Below, in pieces: positions 13,146 to 27,078 of a stretch of 64,000 nucleotides of DNA. The notes beneath the pieces are model-generated. The model was not told the DNA's origin. It ran no database searches and saw nothing but the letters and a program-made list of their open reading frames with translations. Both the position numbers and the translations under genes were made by a program. Numbering within the stretch: position 1 is the stretch's first letter; each line of letters begins with the position of its first letter. Source of the stretch: the human T2T-CHM13v2.0 reference genome, Homo sapiens; NCBI RefSeq assembly GCF_009914755.1, contig NC_060939.1; one strand, 5' to 3'.

Positions 13146-14534
13146 TCCATTGCCAATCCTAACCATTTGAAACAATTGTTATACGTGTTCATACTTGGTG
13201 AATTATAATAATCAACACCACCCTTCAAATTGCTTATCTTATTTCTTTGAAAAGTGGAACGGAAGTTTTTCCACAGTGAGTAGTTCAGGAGAGTCTATGT
13301 AGCCTCTACTTTTGACACATGGATATATTTTCAGTAGATATGATCAAAAAGAGAATACCAGCTTGAGTTTCTCAGAGAAGTGTGGTTCATTAATTCATTC
13401 ACAAATATTTATAAAGTGCCTGCTATAAGCTAGGTGCTGGATTGAATAACCTTAACAATCCCTTCTGATCTTGAGAATCTATAATTCCAGGAGAAAGGTG
13501 AAGTGAGCCTAGAAGAATTCACTGGATTTTGTAGAGTGGAGACAAGAAGGGATACCTTTCTATATCATGTTAGTGAAGGATAACAGTAGGACAGCACTGG
13601 CCTATCCTGGTGGGGGTGAGTATATCTCTCTAGTACAACAAAAGAAACTCTCCAGAAAATTCTGGGGAAATGTGGTTGGATGGGTAGTCTGGGCCGGGTT
13701 ATTGGATGCCCTTGAAAATCAGGCAGGAACCACACCTTGGTGCTAGAGACAAGAGAAAGTCATTGTCATAATCCTGAGCTGGGGAATGCTGTGAAGAACA
13801 TAGTTCTTAGGGTGAGAAATCAGTGGCCACTTGTGGTGAAAGCGAATCTTTCTTCTCCTTACACAGCCAATTGAATGAAAATGAACATTCCCAATTAGAG
13901 AAGAAAAGTAACCTCCCGGTGGCCTAGATGCACGGCACAGAAACAGAAACAGAAGGCATTTTTCTCCCCTTTCACAGTTCTTATTTTCTGTGTTACCCTC
14001 CTGTCTCAGATCTGTGATGATGTGGTTTGCTAGATGTTCCCAGAGCTGCTAATAAGATGTGGCTATAATCTATTCACTTGACAGCCTTCACTGGAAACCA
14101 GACTTCTCTCCTAAACCCCTGCATTTCCTGGGTGACCACGGGGGTTGTGCAGTGTGGTCTGAGAGTGCCACAGGGACAGGGCAGTCCCCACCCAGTCAAG
14201 TCATCACTCCCCATTAGGCCTTCAGGGAATGGAGAGGACCTAGGCCTCTCACTGACACATAGTCAGAATAAGCAAGAAAAAGCCAAGCAGAAAAGGAGAC
14301 AAGAATGCCTGAAGACAGAACTAGTTTGAAAACAAAGAAGAGAAAACCAAAGAGAGATTTAATTACATAAAGAGCACCTGACCAAAAGCATAACCAAGCA
14401 TTTCTGTTCAACATCAACAAAGGACATAACAAGAACTAAGCAGACTTAGAGGAGAGCAGGACCAGACTATTATCTTCACAGGTGAGCTTGCTTCTTAGTG
14501 ATGGAGTTTAGGATCTGTCAGCCCAAAATATAAC

Positions 14535-15048
14535 TGTAGCAGACAAGAATATGCCACCCCAAAACATTCCTCTTTGGCCTAAGGATTATTCTGAGAAACT
14601 GCAGACACAGGGGAAGCTCTGAAAACAGAGTAGAAGTTACCCTTTTGTATGATAAATTTACATCTATAAAGGAAATCTCCACTTCTCAGAATGTCTTCTC
14701 TCACCAGGAAGACAGGGACAACTAAATCACTAGACTCTTATCAGTGGAGAAGGTACCACTTACATCTGCATGACAAACCCTACCCATTTACTGTCCTTTT
14801 CCTGGCCTTCTCCCTATAACCTGCCTTGCCTCACATCCTTCTTTCTTTATTTCAGCAAAGGATAGTACTTCTTTATTAAATAGTCTGAAGTCAAATCCGC
14901 TTCTTTGAGATTTATTCTTGGAGATTTCCCTATCTCCTATGATACAGGAGGTATACATGTCATTGAACTTCTGATCATCTGTTTTGTTACTGTGAGTCCA
15001 TGAAGAACTGTGAAAAGTAGAGAGAATATTATACTTCCTCTCTTCTAT
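14535..15048 (+). mobile_element. MER34-family (ERV1) solo LTR
   Basis: TGTAGCAGACAAGAATATGCCACCCCAAAA...CTCTTTGGCCTAAGGATTATT start matches recalled MER34. Confidence 0.75.
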
Positions 15049-15222
15049 TAGCAAGGCCTGTTAACAGGTAGGTGATCTAAAGAGGCTGTGAGTGTGAAAT
15101 CAACCTCTTCAGGTCATTAAAAGTAGCTCCAATTTATATTTGCCTAGAAGTGGACTAAGAAATGACTTATTGGAAGGCAACAGGGTACACTAGTCAGCCT
15201 TTCCAGGTCTTTCCTAATAAAG

Positions 15223-15631
15223 TGTTAAAAAAACAAACAAACAAACAACCTTCAGCTGAATTAAATGTAAAGGAGTTTAATTGAGCAATGAACAATTCGT
15301 GAACTGGGCAGGCTCCTGAGCCAGAGTAAGCTGAGAGATTCCAGCGCAGCCACATGGTGGAAAAGATTTATGGACAGAAAAAGGAAAGTGACGTACAGAA
15401 ACAGAAGTGAGGTACAGAAACAGCTGGATTGGTTACAGGTTGACGTTTGCCTTGTCTGAACATGGTTCAAACAGTTGGCTACATTTGATTGGCCAAAACT
15501 TGGTAACTGACATAAGTGTAGGCTACAATCTGTTTACACCTTCACTTCTTATAGTTCACAATATACAGAGAAACCTTTAGCCAAACCTAAAATATGTAAG
15601 GAGGCAGCTTTAGGCTAAACTTAATTTAACA
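15223..15631 (-). mobile_element. MER57-family (ERV1) solo LTR
   Basis: Minus strand starts TGTTAAATTAAGTTTAGCCTAAAGCTGCCTCCTTACATATTTTAGG. TGTTAA...TTAACA termini. Confidence 0.85.
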
Positions 15632-16283
15632 CAAGTAATTATGTCTTTTTCTTATTTGAATTGAATTCATTTAGCCTAAATTTATTGAGAATGGTTAAGG
15701 TGTGGGATGGTTTTTGTGTGAGCTCTTGTCCTTGTACCTCCACTTTCTTACTCCTTATGCTTGAGATTTCCCCAGTTGCCCACATGTCTGCCTCCAACCC
15801 ACATTTGACCACTCCAGGTCTCAAGAAATCTGCCTTTCTTTCATATTCTGCACACAGTCTTTGCTATACATTTATGCAATTAAATAGAAACTGGTTTTTT
15901 TTTTAATTGTTGGCCAAGTATGGGTTTTTAATCCCAATTTGTGGCCAATTCAGTAAAACAGAGGCAATATTTTCTACTTTGTCATTTTCCCCTAGGGTTC
16001 TATGCATGATGCTGCTGCATTCTAGTAAATTTTTACTGGTTGACAGCAAAAGAAATATCAAATACATTGTATATATGTAATTTAATATGTATTGAGCATC
16101 TACCATGTGTGAAGTACTTTAAAGTCTTCGTTTAGCAATGCTCTTGAACACTAGCACTTTTAGAAAACAGTTTATAGTGTAAATCAGGATTTTGTCAACC
16201 AAGTGTTTTGTCACAGGCAAGTTGATTTTTGGAGCATGATCACATACAAGTAACTGGTAAACACAATTTAGAAAATAGACTCG

Positions 16284-16808
<525 letters not shown>

Positions 16809-16836
16809 TTAGGATCAACAGTCAAATGAGCACAGA

Positions 16837-17132
16837 GGCTGGGAGCAGTGTCTCATTCCTGTAATCCCAGCACTTTGGGAGGCCAAAGCAGAAGGATCGC
16901 TTGAGCCCAGGAGTTCAAGACCAGCCTGGGCAACATACAGAGACCCTGTCTCTACAAAAAATTTTAAAAAATTAGCCAGGCATGGTGGCGCACACCTGTA
17001 GTCTCAGCTACTTGGGAGGCTCAGGTGTGAGAATCACTTGAACCCAGAAAGTCAAGGCTGCAGTGAGCTGTGGTCACACCACTGCCCTCCAGCCTGTGTG
17101 ACAGAGTAAGACCCTATCTCAAAATAAAAAAA
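16837..17132 (+). mobile_element. AluJ
   Basis: GGATCGCTTGAGCCCAGGAGTTCAAGACCAGCCTGGGCAACATA and GTCAAGGCTGCAGTGAGC. Confidence 0.93.
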
Positions 17133-17722
17133 GGATACAGTGATAGTTTGCCTTGTTGTCTAAGACTTTTGGTGCCAAATTGTTATGCAGAACTAGGAAC
17201 CTACAAGTAAATTCTCAGAAGCTGTCTTGTTTTTAGAACGAAGAATAAAAACATTTGATTGTGGTCTTGATTTTTAAAAATCTGTATCCTTAGGTGTCAT
17301 TCTTTGGAAATATGCCATAAAATTTGCCATGCTTATTTAAAGAAAAAAAATAATGACTATTGAGAAGAGCATGGCAGTCTCTCCATTAACCTTGTTATGA
17401 AGAAGCAAAGTTAGGAGGAGACTGGGATGATAAGGTTAAGACTTCATAACCAAGGCATAATCATTGTTTTATTAGTAAGGATTTTGTAGCTTACCTTAAT
17501 TGCAGTCAAATTGCCTCAGAAGGGCTAAGCTTACTGTGAAAAAACTGTAGAATATTCTAGTGTCACATTATAAATGGATTACAATTACATGATGAATTAA
17601 ACTACAAATATCCAACAATGACAGGAAACACTTTCATCATCAATGATTCAGAGGCCTTTAAGAATTTCACAGTACTCTAGAGTTACGCTACTTCTGTTTG
17701 AATCTTGAAAACCTGGACATTT

Positions 17723-18481
17723 AAAACATTTTTTTTCATTGAGGTAAAATATACATATATAATTTACCATCTTTACCATTTTAACTGTACATTTCAGTGG
17801 TAATAAACACATTTACATTCTTTTATCTCCCCTCTTCATCCATTCCTCCCTCCTCCTCTCCCTTCTCCCCTTCCTGGCCTCTGGTAACCACCAGTGTACT
17901 CTCTGTCTTCTTGAGATCCACGTTTTTAGTTCCCGCATTTGAGTGAGAACAACGCAATATTTGTCATTCTGTGCTTGGCTTATTTCACTTAACATAATGG
18001 CTTCCAGTTCCATCTATGCTGCTGTAAATGATAGAATCTCATTCTTTTTTGATGGTTGCATGGTACTCCATTGTATATATATACCCTGTTTTCTTTATCC
18101 ATTCATCCATTGATGAGCACTTAGGTTGATTTTATTTTAGCTATTGTGAATAGTGAATAGTGAACAGTGAATAGTGCTGCAATAATTATGAGAGTGCAGG
18201 TATCTCTTTGATATATCTATTTCCTTTATTTTGGATATATACACAGTGAAATTGCTGGATCACATAAATTTCTGTTTTTAGTTTTCTGAGGAACTTCCAT
18301 ACTGCTCTCCATAGTGGCTATATTAATTTACATTTCCAATAACATTGTATGAGGGTTCCCCTTTCTCCACATCCTCACCGGTATCTGTCATTGCCTGTCT
18401 TTTTGATACAAGCCATTTTAGCTGGGGGCGAGATGATCTCTCATTGTGGTTTTGAGTTGCATTTCTCTGATGACTAGTGAT
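17723..18481 (-). mobile_element. 5'-truncated L1MA-type LINE
   Basis: Antisense L1 3' end (TGGCTTATTTCACTTAACATAATG, TTTATCCATTCATCCATTGATG). Exact 15-bp TSD AAAACCTGGACATTT (17708-17722 / 18482-18496). Confidence 0.92.
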
Positions 18482-18759
18482 AAAACCTGGACATTTGAAC
18501 TTTCTGGTTATTTGGACATAATTACAGTCTTATCATAGATCACAAAATGGATGATTAAAAGAAGTAGAATTTAGATATCTGATATGCTTTTCCTATTTTT
18601 CAGGAAACAAGGATTTAGCTTCCTTGAGGGTCTTTATGTATTTACGTTGTTGTTTTGTAATGATGTGTTGCTATGCATGTTGTTATGTATATTGTGTAAT
18701 GATATGTTGTTATGTAATGATAATGGTAATAATATTTGAGTCTTTCCAAACTACTTTAT

Positions 18760-18955
18760 CAGTACTTCCCAAATTCTTTCACATCCCAGCACACATGGAA
18801 AGCGGTAACATGTAAATAGCACCCTAGAAAAATAGAGGAGGTCGCTAGGGCTCTGGCCTCCCAGTTCCCCTTCTTGCTGTCTCAGAGGTGAAAGAGACCT
18901 GTCTATATCTCAGCTCACCTAGAACCCATCGGAGTACCTTGGTAAAAAATGTCTG
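18760..18955. mobile_element. Small hAT-Charlie DNA transposon (MER112-like)
   Basis: CAGTACTTCCCAAATTCTTTCACATCCCAGCACACATGGAAA start and ATATCTCAGCTCACCT.GAACCCAT motif. Subfamily name uncertain. Confidence 0.45.
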
Positions 18956-19744
18956 GAAATGTCAGTTTGGGACCACCTCATTCGTGGTCCTTTAACTATC
19001 ATGAAAATTAGTTCTTCTGGTGTCCTTGCACTCACAGAACCCTGCCCCTTGGGTGAGGGAGGGACTCCAGGAGCAGAGAGAAGATGAGCAGCCTCACAGA
19101 AAGGAGGAGCTGGCATACATTCCCACGTGGAGTGAGCAGAAGTGCCAGCTGTTGTCTTCAGGGAATTTTGCTGACAGTATGAGAATGGGGCATGATGTCA
19201 CAGGAACCTGGCTTGGCCAGCACAGCATGGTGTCCAAGGCAGCTGATCTGTTCATCCAGATTGAAATGATCTCTTCCCCTGCTGCTCCCACCCTCCCTTC
19301 TCCCTGCCAGTCTGAGTGATAATTGTAAAGCCATGCAGTTCCTTTCAGAAGTAGGCCATGGGAGCCAGGGCTGGGTGTTTCGTGGCTGGCATATTGCAAT
19401 TATCACCAAGGATGGCTCTGACGACAGCATAATACATGTGGTGTTTTGTGCTAAAAAAGTCAATACCAGTGGCTGAAAGAGCAAATCTCTCCAGAGATGT
19501 GAGCACAGCTTCAACATGACATAGTATCTGTGTGGGCCGCGACTTATGGTCATTTCTCTTCACCCTCAAGATTATTCCTACAAAATAGACCATTGACCCA
19601 GTCCTCGGGAAGCCATAAATAGAGAACATTCCTCTCTGTTCAGGAACTCTTCTTAACAGAGGGATGCTTTATAAGACTCTGCCTGTGTCAGAGTCCAGAA
19701 TTTAAATTTATCTGAACTTGAGAGGAAAGTGTTATCCTCAGAAC

Positions 19745-19950
19745 AGAACTTTAAGGAAGTTCAAATCCTAAGTTTACCACTTAGTAGCTGTGTGACTTTG
19801 GGAATTTCAATGAACTTCTCTGACCCTTGGTATTAAAAAAGAAAAGTACCATACTCACTTCAAGACTTGCTAGAATTACATAACTAAACAACCATAAGTA
19901 AAATACTTAGCACAAAGTCTGTCCCAAGGTAAATGACACAAAAACCAGCA
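19745..19950 (+). mobile_element. MIR SINE
   Basis: GTTCAAATCC...ACCACTTAGTAGCTGTGTGACTTTGGG...GTAAAATACTTAGCACA. Confidence 0.8.
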
Positions 19951-21089
19951 GAAGTTGTTGTCATTGTTATATTTATAGTTATTGTTGTATATACCACTCG
20001 TGTTTTTAGGAAGGGAACTCTATAAAAAAATTTTTACACATGCTTGCTAAATTCTTTTTAGGACTGACCAATCTCCTGATTATCATACAGATAACTAGAA
20101 TTATGAGAGCAGTTGTAACCTCTTCAAAAATCTTACTATGTCATGTTGGTGAGAAGATTGAACAAGAAATCCCAAGCAAGAAGAGGACAATTCAGAACAC
20201 ACAGCCCTCCACCACAGAAACCTATAGACTCAAACATTTCCTCAAGACACCAAGAAGTTTAAGTTAAGTATTCTTCTGATGGAAAAGTTTTTAAAAACTG
20301 AATATAATATATATGTAATGTTGACATTTTTATACCAAAGGCTATAGCTTAACCTTTTATATTATTGAACCACCTAAAATAAGTTAACTTTTCACATGGC
20401 ATGACTATTTTTATTTCTCTAACCATGAATTAGCAACCTCAAAAGGCTTTGCCTTATTCATTATTCAACATTAAGTAGCCACTTCTCACTTTGATGTAGG
20501 TTATTAATTTATAGACTGCCTTTAGCTTAAGTCAACTGATGACAAAGCACAGTTCCAGAAGTAGATTTTGAAAATAAGCAGCTTACAGCAGGAGAATATT
20601 TGTCAGCTTTAATGTTTACTCAATAATTCAGTAAAAGGAAACAACAAAAAGGAAGTTACTGTTATGTAGAAAAATATCTTCTTTACAGTTCTATTCAATG
20701 ATTAAGCTTTCATTAAGAAGTATAATTTCTGCAACTTAGCTGACAATGATGAAGACTTTGGTGTGCTGGCTATTACAGAAGGCAGATCCAAAATTTGTTT
20801 AGAAATCACATAGCAACAGTTTTCCTGTTACAAACTCAGAGAACATCCACTCAAGGTACGAATGCATAAAACCAAGAGACCAGATCTGTGTTATTCCTCC
20901 AAATTAGCATTTATAAAATGGGTTTCAAGGATTTCCACTCTGTTATTAATTATTCTTCTTCCTCCTCCTTCCCCTCCTCCTTCTCTTCTTCTTCTTCTCT
21001 TTCTTTTTTGTACTGAACACTAAGACCAAAAAATTTACAATGTATGTTAGCAATCATCTTGTCCAGTCATAATTTTACAGATAGATGGT

Positions 21090-21420
21090 AGTAAAGCCTA
21101 TTGGTTATGAGTGAAGGCTCAGGGGTCAGTCTTAGTCTGCCTGAGTTCAAATCCTGGCTCAACTGCTTTCCACCTGTGCAACCTTTGGACAGGTGATTTA
21201 CTTGTCTGTACTTTATTTATTTGAGCTGTAAAATCCATGTTACGTGCTCTTGAAAGTATTTACAGAATTGAGTTATTATGATAAATAAACAAGGCTGTAC
21301 ATAAGTATTAGATGTGTTATTACAGATGGGAGAGCTGAGGTTGTGAGCAGTTAAGGAATTTGTGTAGGTTCCTCAGCTAGTCAGCAGTGGAGTCCAAGTC
21401 TTCTTATTCCCATCCGAGAC
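21090..21420. mobile_element. Two adjacent MIR fragments (+ then -)
   Basis: CTGCCTGAGTTCAAATCCTGGCTC (+) and TTACAGATGGGAGAGCTGAGG (-). Confidence 0.65.
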
Positions 21421-21454
21421 TCCATATTCTACAAGTGAACAGTATGGGAGTGGA

Positions 21455-21998
21455 CATAGATCCTTTCTGCCTAAACAGCATCCATTCCTCCTTCTTCTGG
21501 TAATAGCAACCTAGCACTTACTTGGGAGAGCCACCTGACCCCAATTTTTAGTGTATGTACATCAACTTAATGTGGGAGGAGTGCAAGGGTGTCACTCAAC
21601 CCAAGCCTGGCCAGTCAGAGGATTCCATCACCCTGGCCATAAAGTTTGGTTCAGAAGGGGAATATAACTTCAGATCAGTGAGATGCCATCCAGACTGTCT
21701 CCTGGAACAATTGGGGAAAAGATAACCTTTTTCCTTTGGGCATGTGACTATTAAGATGTAAGTTCAGAGACTCTGCTAGCCATCTTGCTGCTAAGAAGGG
21801 AAAGGCTAGGTAAAAAAGAAGCCAACAGAGAGGGAAAGATAGCTCATAATTAGAGAGAGAAATATTCCTGATGGCATCTCTGGTGTGCTTGGATTGAGCC
21901 ATACCTGCAGGAAGGGGAGATCTATCTTTGGACTTGTCAGTTAGTTCAGCCAATAAAGTGGCTGCTGTCACTTACATTGAAAAATACTGACTTACACA
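21455..21998 (+). mobile_element. Old MaLR LTR (MLT1J/K/L-like)
   Basis: CCTGGCCAGTCAGA, GCTAGCCATCTTG, GGACTTGTCAGTTA...AGCCAATAAA, CTGTCACTT...CTGACTTACACA. Confidence 0.6.
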
Positions 21999-22169
21999 GG
22001 CGTTTAAAAAATATGCCACATAGTTCTCACTTCAGGAACCAGCTTGAGTATTTCCTTGTATGAAAATACTCTGAAACCCAAATCTTCCTGTTACAACATG
22101 AGAGTAATTTTGGCAGTCCTCCTTACTTCATGATATTTTGATATTGTCTTGGTTAGGTGAGCAATATTG

Positions 22170-22600
22170 GGAAGAAGTATAGGGTGGGCCTGGACTCAGA
22201 TCTGAGCTGGAATCCCAGACCTTCTCCTAGTCAGCTCCCTTCTCCTTGGCTAACCACTTAATCTCTGTAAGCCTTAGTTACGTTGTCTGAATAGACTTAT
22301 TGCAAGGGCTCAATAAGATAATGTATGCAAAATACTAACATTAAGAAGACAGTAATGATAATGCTAAAATGACTAACATTTATTGATGTTAATTGAGTGC
22401 TAGACTCTGCTGAGCACTTTAAATGAGTACCTCATTTACTACTCATAATGACCTTGTGTGGTAAGAGTGCCATTCCTCATTTTGCCGTTGAGAAAACTGA
22501 GAGACAGAGAGGTTAAGCATTTTGCACAAATCTAGACAGCTAGTGAGTGATGGTGCCACAACTCTTATTTCAGAAGCCAAGCTCATGACTACATTGTGAA
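22170..22600. mobile_element. Tail-to-tail MIR pair (+ 22170-22350, - 22370-22600)
   Basis: CACTTAATCTCTGTAAGCCTTAGTT...AAGATAATGTATGCAAAA (+) and GAGAAAACTGAGAGACAGAGAGGTTAAG (-). Confidence 0.75.
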
Positions 22601-22705
22601 ATTGCATCTCATCTTATCCAATAACAATTAGATGTTTAGGTTGTTGCTACTGATGACTGACTCCTGACAAAAGTTCAAAAGCTGACTTTGATTCTGAAGT
22701 AGTGA

Positions 22706-22843
22706 TTTTTTTAAGAGACAGAGTCTTGCTATGTTGCCCAGTCTGGAGTGCAGTGGTTATTCACAGGTCCAATCATAGCGCACCACAGCCTTAAAATCCT
22801 GGGCTCAAGTGATCCTCCTGCCTTGGCCTCATGAGTAGCTTGG
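22706..22843 (-). mobile_element. FAM (fossil Alu monomer), 5'-truncated
   Basis: Retains the 7SL-type segment GGAGTGCAGTGGTTATTCACAGG that dimeric Alus lack. TSD TGAAGTA(G/A)TGATTTT. Confidence 0.85.
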
Positions 22844-22969
22844 TGAAGTAATGATTTTGAAGCAATTAAGCTGAAAGGCTCAAGGATGAATAGTGTGGCC
22901 ATAGGGTCTTCTTTAGAGGAGTTCAGAAAGTCGGGAGTGGAGTTGAGTGAGAAGAAACAAGAGTTATTT

Positions 22970-23127
22970 TGGGAAAGTTATGGTAACCTCTCTGAGTCTT
23001 GGCCTCCTCATCTATAAAATGGCTTTACCTATGCCCCAGGTTTTTGTAAGGGTTAAAAGAGATCATTATGAAAAGCACTTAGCAGGTTGCCTGGGGATCA
23101 TCATTACCATCATCATCATCATCATCA
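22970..23127 (+). mobile_element. MIR fragment ending in (CAT)n
   Basis: AACCTCTCTGAGTCTTGGCCTCCTCATCTATAAAATGG...AAAGCACTTAGCA. Confidence 0.75.
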
Positions 23128-24853
23128 CCAACAATGCCTATACAAACGGGCAGATCTTGGTCTGAAGTTTACATATACTCACTGAATTTGGTTTTCCTTA
23201 GTGATCTTTCTTGGTGAACAGATCTTGTCTTCACAGTTTAAATGAAAAGCAAAGCAAAACAAAAACAAAAACAGAAATGAAAAACCTGCAACCTAAGAGA
23301 TTCTGTTTATTAGCTGCCTCCTAACAGCAAGCAAAATAGCCCAGGAAGAGCTTCTGAAAAAAAAAAGACCGAGGCGGGTTCTGCCTAAGTGTCTTTCCCT
23401 ATGCACTGCTCTACATCTCTGCGGTGGACACATCACATAGAGCCCTGAGAAATCACATGGGGAAGAGAGCAAAATGTCAGCACAAGAAAGCTGCTCAGTA
23501 ACTAAAGACCAACTGTGTCCCTCATACAGTTCTTTCTAGACAAAGAGCTCACTGGGCCTTGACCCTCCCCAAATGTGCCTAAATGGTCATTTTTAGGCTC
23601 TTGCTTATATTTCAGTGAAATGGTCTATACTGGGGGCCAAATACAGCTCCATCTCCCCATTTTGCTCATCCGTCCTCTTCCAGGTGGCATGTTCACAAAC
23701 AGACTCCTCCTCCCAGAGGAATTGCTGTCCTTTTCCCCTCTTTTCCTTACCACCTCCACTCAACAGCAGAACAGTAAGGGACAGTACCTTGGCACCCTGC
23801 TTGTGATAGGTGAACATCTCCTGGTGAGTGCTACTCAGGGACCAAAGCTCTGCCTGCCAGGAAAAGTGTGAAGATGAGCACCCTTGGTCTTGTTGGGTGG
23901 AGCAGAAAGGAGGACTATAGGAACCCCTTTATGTGTAGTGTGCAGCATCTAACTGGGAGATTGAGAGAAAAGGGGGAATTGATTCTAGTTGTTTTCAGAT
24001 GACTTTTTTCTATTCCCTCTTTCTTTCTCCAGAGATTCACAGTTTATTTCTGGTCATCTGCTCCACCTGGGACAGGTTTATAACTCCCCTTGAAGATAAC
24101 ACCAAGAACAGAGGGTGGACAGTCTTGAAATTGGTGTTGTGCCTGCTTCTCTTGTTCATCTATCACAGGAAGACAAATCTTGTGGTCTGTCCTGCTTGCC
24201 TTGGTGACATACTTTCAAAACTTACAAGTACTTTATTAGTAAGAATAAACAACATAAATAAAAGTCCCTTACTGGGGGTCATGTGCCTTAGAATAAAACT
24301 TAACAGTTTTCATCTGTTGTCTTTTCATCTTCTTAGTGATATAAGAATAGGAATGAAAATTTTAAGAAGCTTTACTGGTGATCCTTTTTATTGTAAAGTT
24401 ATATGTGCTTATTGTCAAAAATAAGTCAGACAATATATAAAGGCATAAAGAGTAAGAGATCACACAAACAATCCCACCATTCAGTGTTGAGATTTTCAAA
24501 CATATCAATATACATATAAATGCATATTGCCCCCAAAATTTTATCCTTATCCTACTTTTTATTCAAAATATTCTCAACATGTTAAAATATGTTAGAACAT
24601 ATAGGCATACTTTAACATTTTTAAAAAACTGTCTTCCATAGTATTCCATTGTATAGAGGTACTTTATTTAACCAATTCCCTATTGATGGACATTTAGATT
24701 GTCTTCAAATGTTTTTAAAATGAACAATTTATCTATAAATCTTGGACCTGATGTTTAATTATTGTCTTAGGAGGTATTCCTAGACTCTGGATCAAAGAGT
24801 TTTTCCACTTGCAAACTGCTTTGTTAACTATAACTAAATTAACTTCCAGAAAC

Positions 24854-25130
24854 TTTTTTTTCTTTTTGAGTTAGAATCTCACTCTGTCACCCAGGCTGGA
24901 GTGCAGTGGTGCAGTCATGGCTCACTGCGGCCTCAACCTCCTGGGTTCAAGCAATCCTCCTGCCTCAGCCTCCTGAGTAGCTAGGACTACAGGTGTGCCC
25001 CACAATGCTCAGCGAATTTTTTGTAGAGACAGGTTGTACAGGCTGGTCTTGAACTCTGGGCTTCAGGCAATCCCCCTGCCTCAGCCTCCCAAAGTGTTGG
25101 GATTACAGATGTGAGGCACCGCACCCAGCC
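24854..25130 (-). mobile_element. AluJ
   Basis: CATGGCTCACTGCGGCCTCAACCTCC, GCAATCCTCCTGCC; small left-arm deletion. Confidence 0.9.
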
Positions 25131-25348
25131 TCAGAAAGGTTTTAAGAGAATCAAATTAGTTTTCACTTTTGCATGGACCAAGGCATGGAGAGATTCAATA
25201 TCTTGCTGAAGGTAGTTCAGTTACTCACCAAGGTGCTTACAGATCCATCTGTTAAAAATCTTAATATTTTGGAACTAGAGAGACCCACTGAAATCACTTA
25301 ATCCAAACCTACCATTTGTGTAGACAATTGAGGAAGGAAGGTGTATAA

Positions 25349-25650
<302 letters not shown>

Positions 25651-26282
25651 ATGGAAGGAAGGTGTGTAATTCTTGAACCCAGGGCTATCTCTCTCCAGTC
25701 ATCCTTTGAGTTGGAGGATGGTGTCTGCAACTTGAAATGAGGTCATCCTACCAATATAATGCTATAAGCTCTAGATTTTTCTTCAATGGGTTTATATTTT
25801 TCTGGCACCACAAATTCAACCAACCCCACCCTGTAGACCACAGACAGGGTGTAGACAGAATCTCAGATCCGGTGCCTTAAAACAATTTTTTTTAAACCTG
25901 GAAATGTTTCTCTTCAAGCCCCTTCTAGATGTAAGATTCAGGAATGCTCTTTAGGTAGTTTCCTTAGAATCCTATGTGCTTAGTAGCTGGCCCTTCCTAA
26001 TGACCACTAGGCGTCAGACTTTCCCATCTCTCCTCCAACTGTGCTGCTTACTCAGTAATTAACTCATTTGCTTGGAGTCATTAGCTCTTATCTAAGGGGA
26101 CTTCTTTGTCATCATGTGAACATGGTCATTATGATGCAGAATCCTAGCAGATTTCAACAGGACTGATTAAGTTTGCCTGTCTCCTAGTTACGGCTTTTCA
26201 ACAGGGCTCTTCATTGCAAATACCAAGCCTTAAACCAAGGGGAAAGTAGAAGAACGACCAATAACCAATGCCTTTCACCATT

Positions 26283-27045
26283 CCCAAGCGAAGCCACAGA
26301 ATGCTACTTCCTGTCACTGCACTGCACAGATATAAGTACCCCCATTGCTAATGGGGTGCTGGCGTGCGCAGCTCTGAGCACTCTCCCTCATTCATCTTAA
26401 GGATAATGCAATGCCAATGCAGTTAACAACAGGCTCTGAATTCTGTATGTCAGGTAGGTTGAAATAGAACAGCATGTCATCGACCATGTATTCAGTGTCT
26501 GTCACATACAGGGCACTACACCTGAAATCCAAAAAGGGATATTTTCATTCATTTGGTCAGTCAACTATTCAAAAAGTATTTTTTAAACATCTGCCAGGCG
26601 CTAGGGATCCTGTGATGAAGAAAATGACATGTGGCAAATACACCAGCAGCACAGCTTGAGTAATGCAAGACCACTTTCACACCACATCCAAGTCCAGGCT
26701 GCTTGGCCCCTCCTGCCTTAGAAGGGGCTGTATAGATGGGATTAAAGCCATGGCCCATGTCTCCCACTCAAACTGACTTTTTGCCTGCAAGCTATGTCAT
26801 CTTCTTGGAGGAACTGAATGTTATAGACTCATCATTTCCCCACTTCCTTCTCTCCCTACCTGACAACATCCTTGAGAGAATGAGACAAACAGCAACTCAT
26901 CTCAGATAGGGGAGAACTGAGAGACAGAGAAAGTAGAAGAGGTTTTTTTCAAGTCACATAGAAGAACAGAGGCCAAACTAGAATTCCGGACTCCATGAGC
27001 TACTTTATTTGGAACCCATGGACATGGTTTTCAAGCAAGACACAG
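26283..27045 (+). repeat. Copy 1 of ancient ~765-bp local direct duplication
   Basis: Collinear with 32421-33185 from CCCAAG..AAGCCACAGAATGC to ATGGTTTTCAA.CAA.ACACAG. About 77% identity over the first ~150 bp by hand count. Confidence 0.92.
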
Positions 27046-27078
27046 ATACACAGATAATAACACCAGGTAGAGTTTCTT

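Noticed and set aside
22706-22843. 7SL RNA gene or pseudogene
   Set aside because: Lacks the S domain; fits a FAM monomer with TSD instead.
23999-24424. 141-aa hydrophobic ORF
   Set aside because: Hydrophobicity follows from T-rich composition; no family resemblance or exon context.
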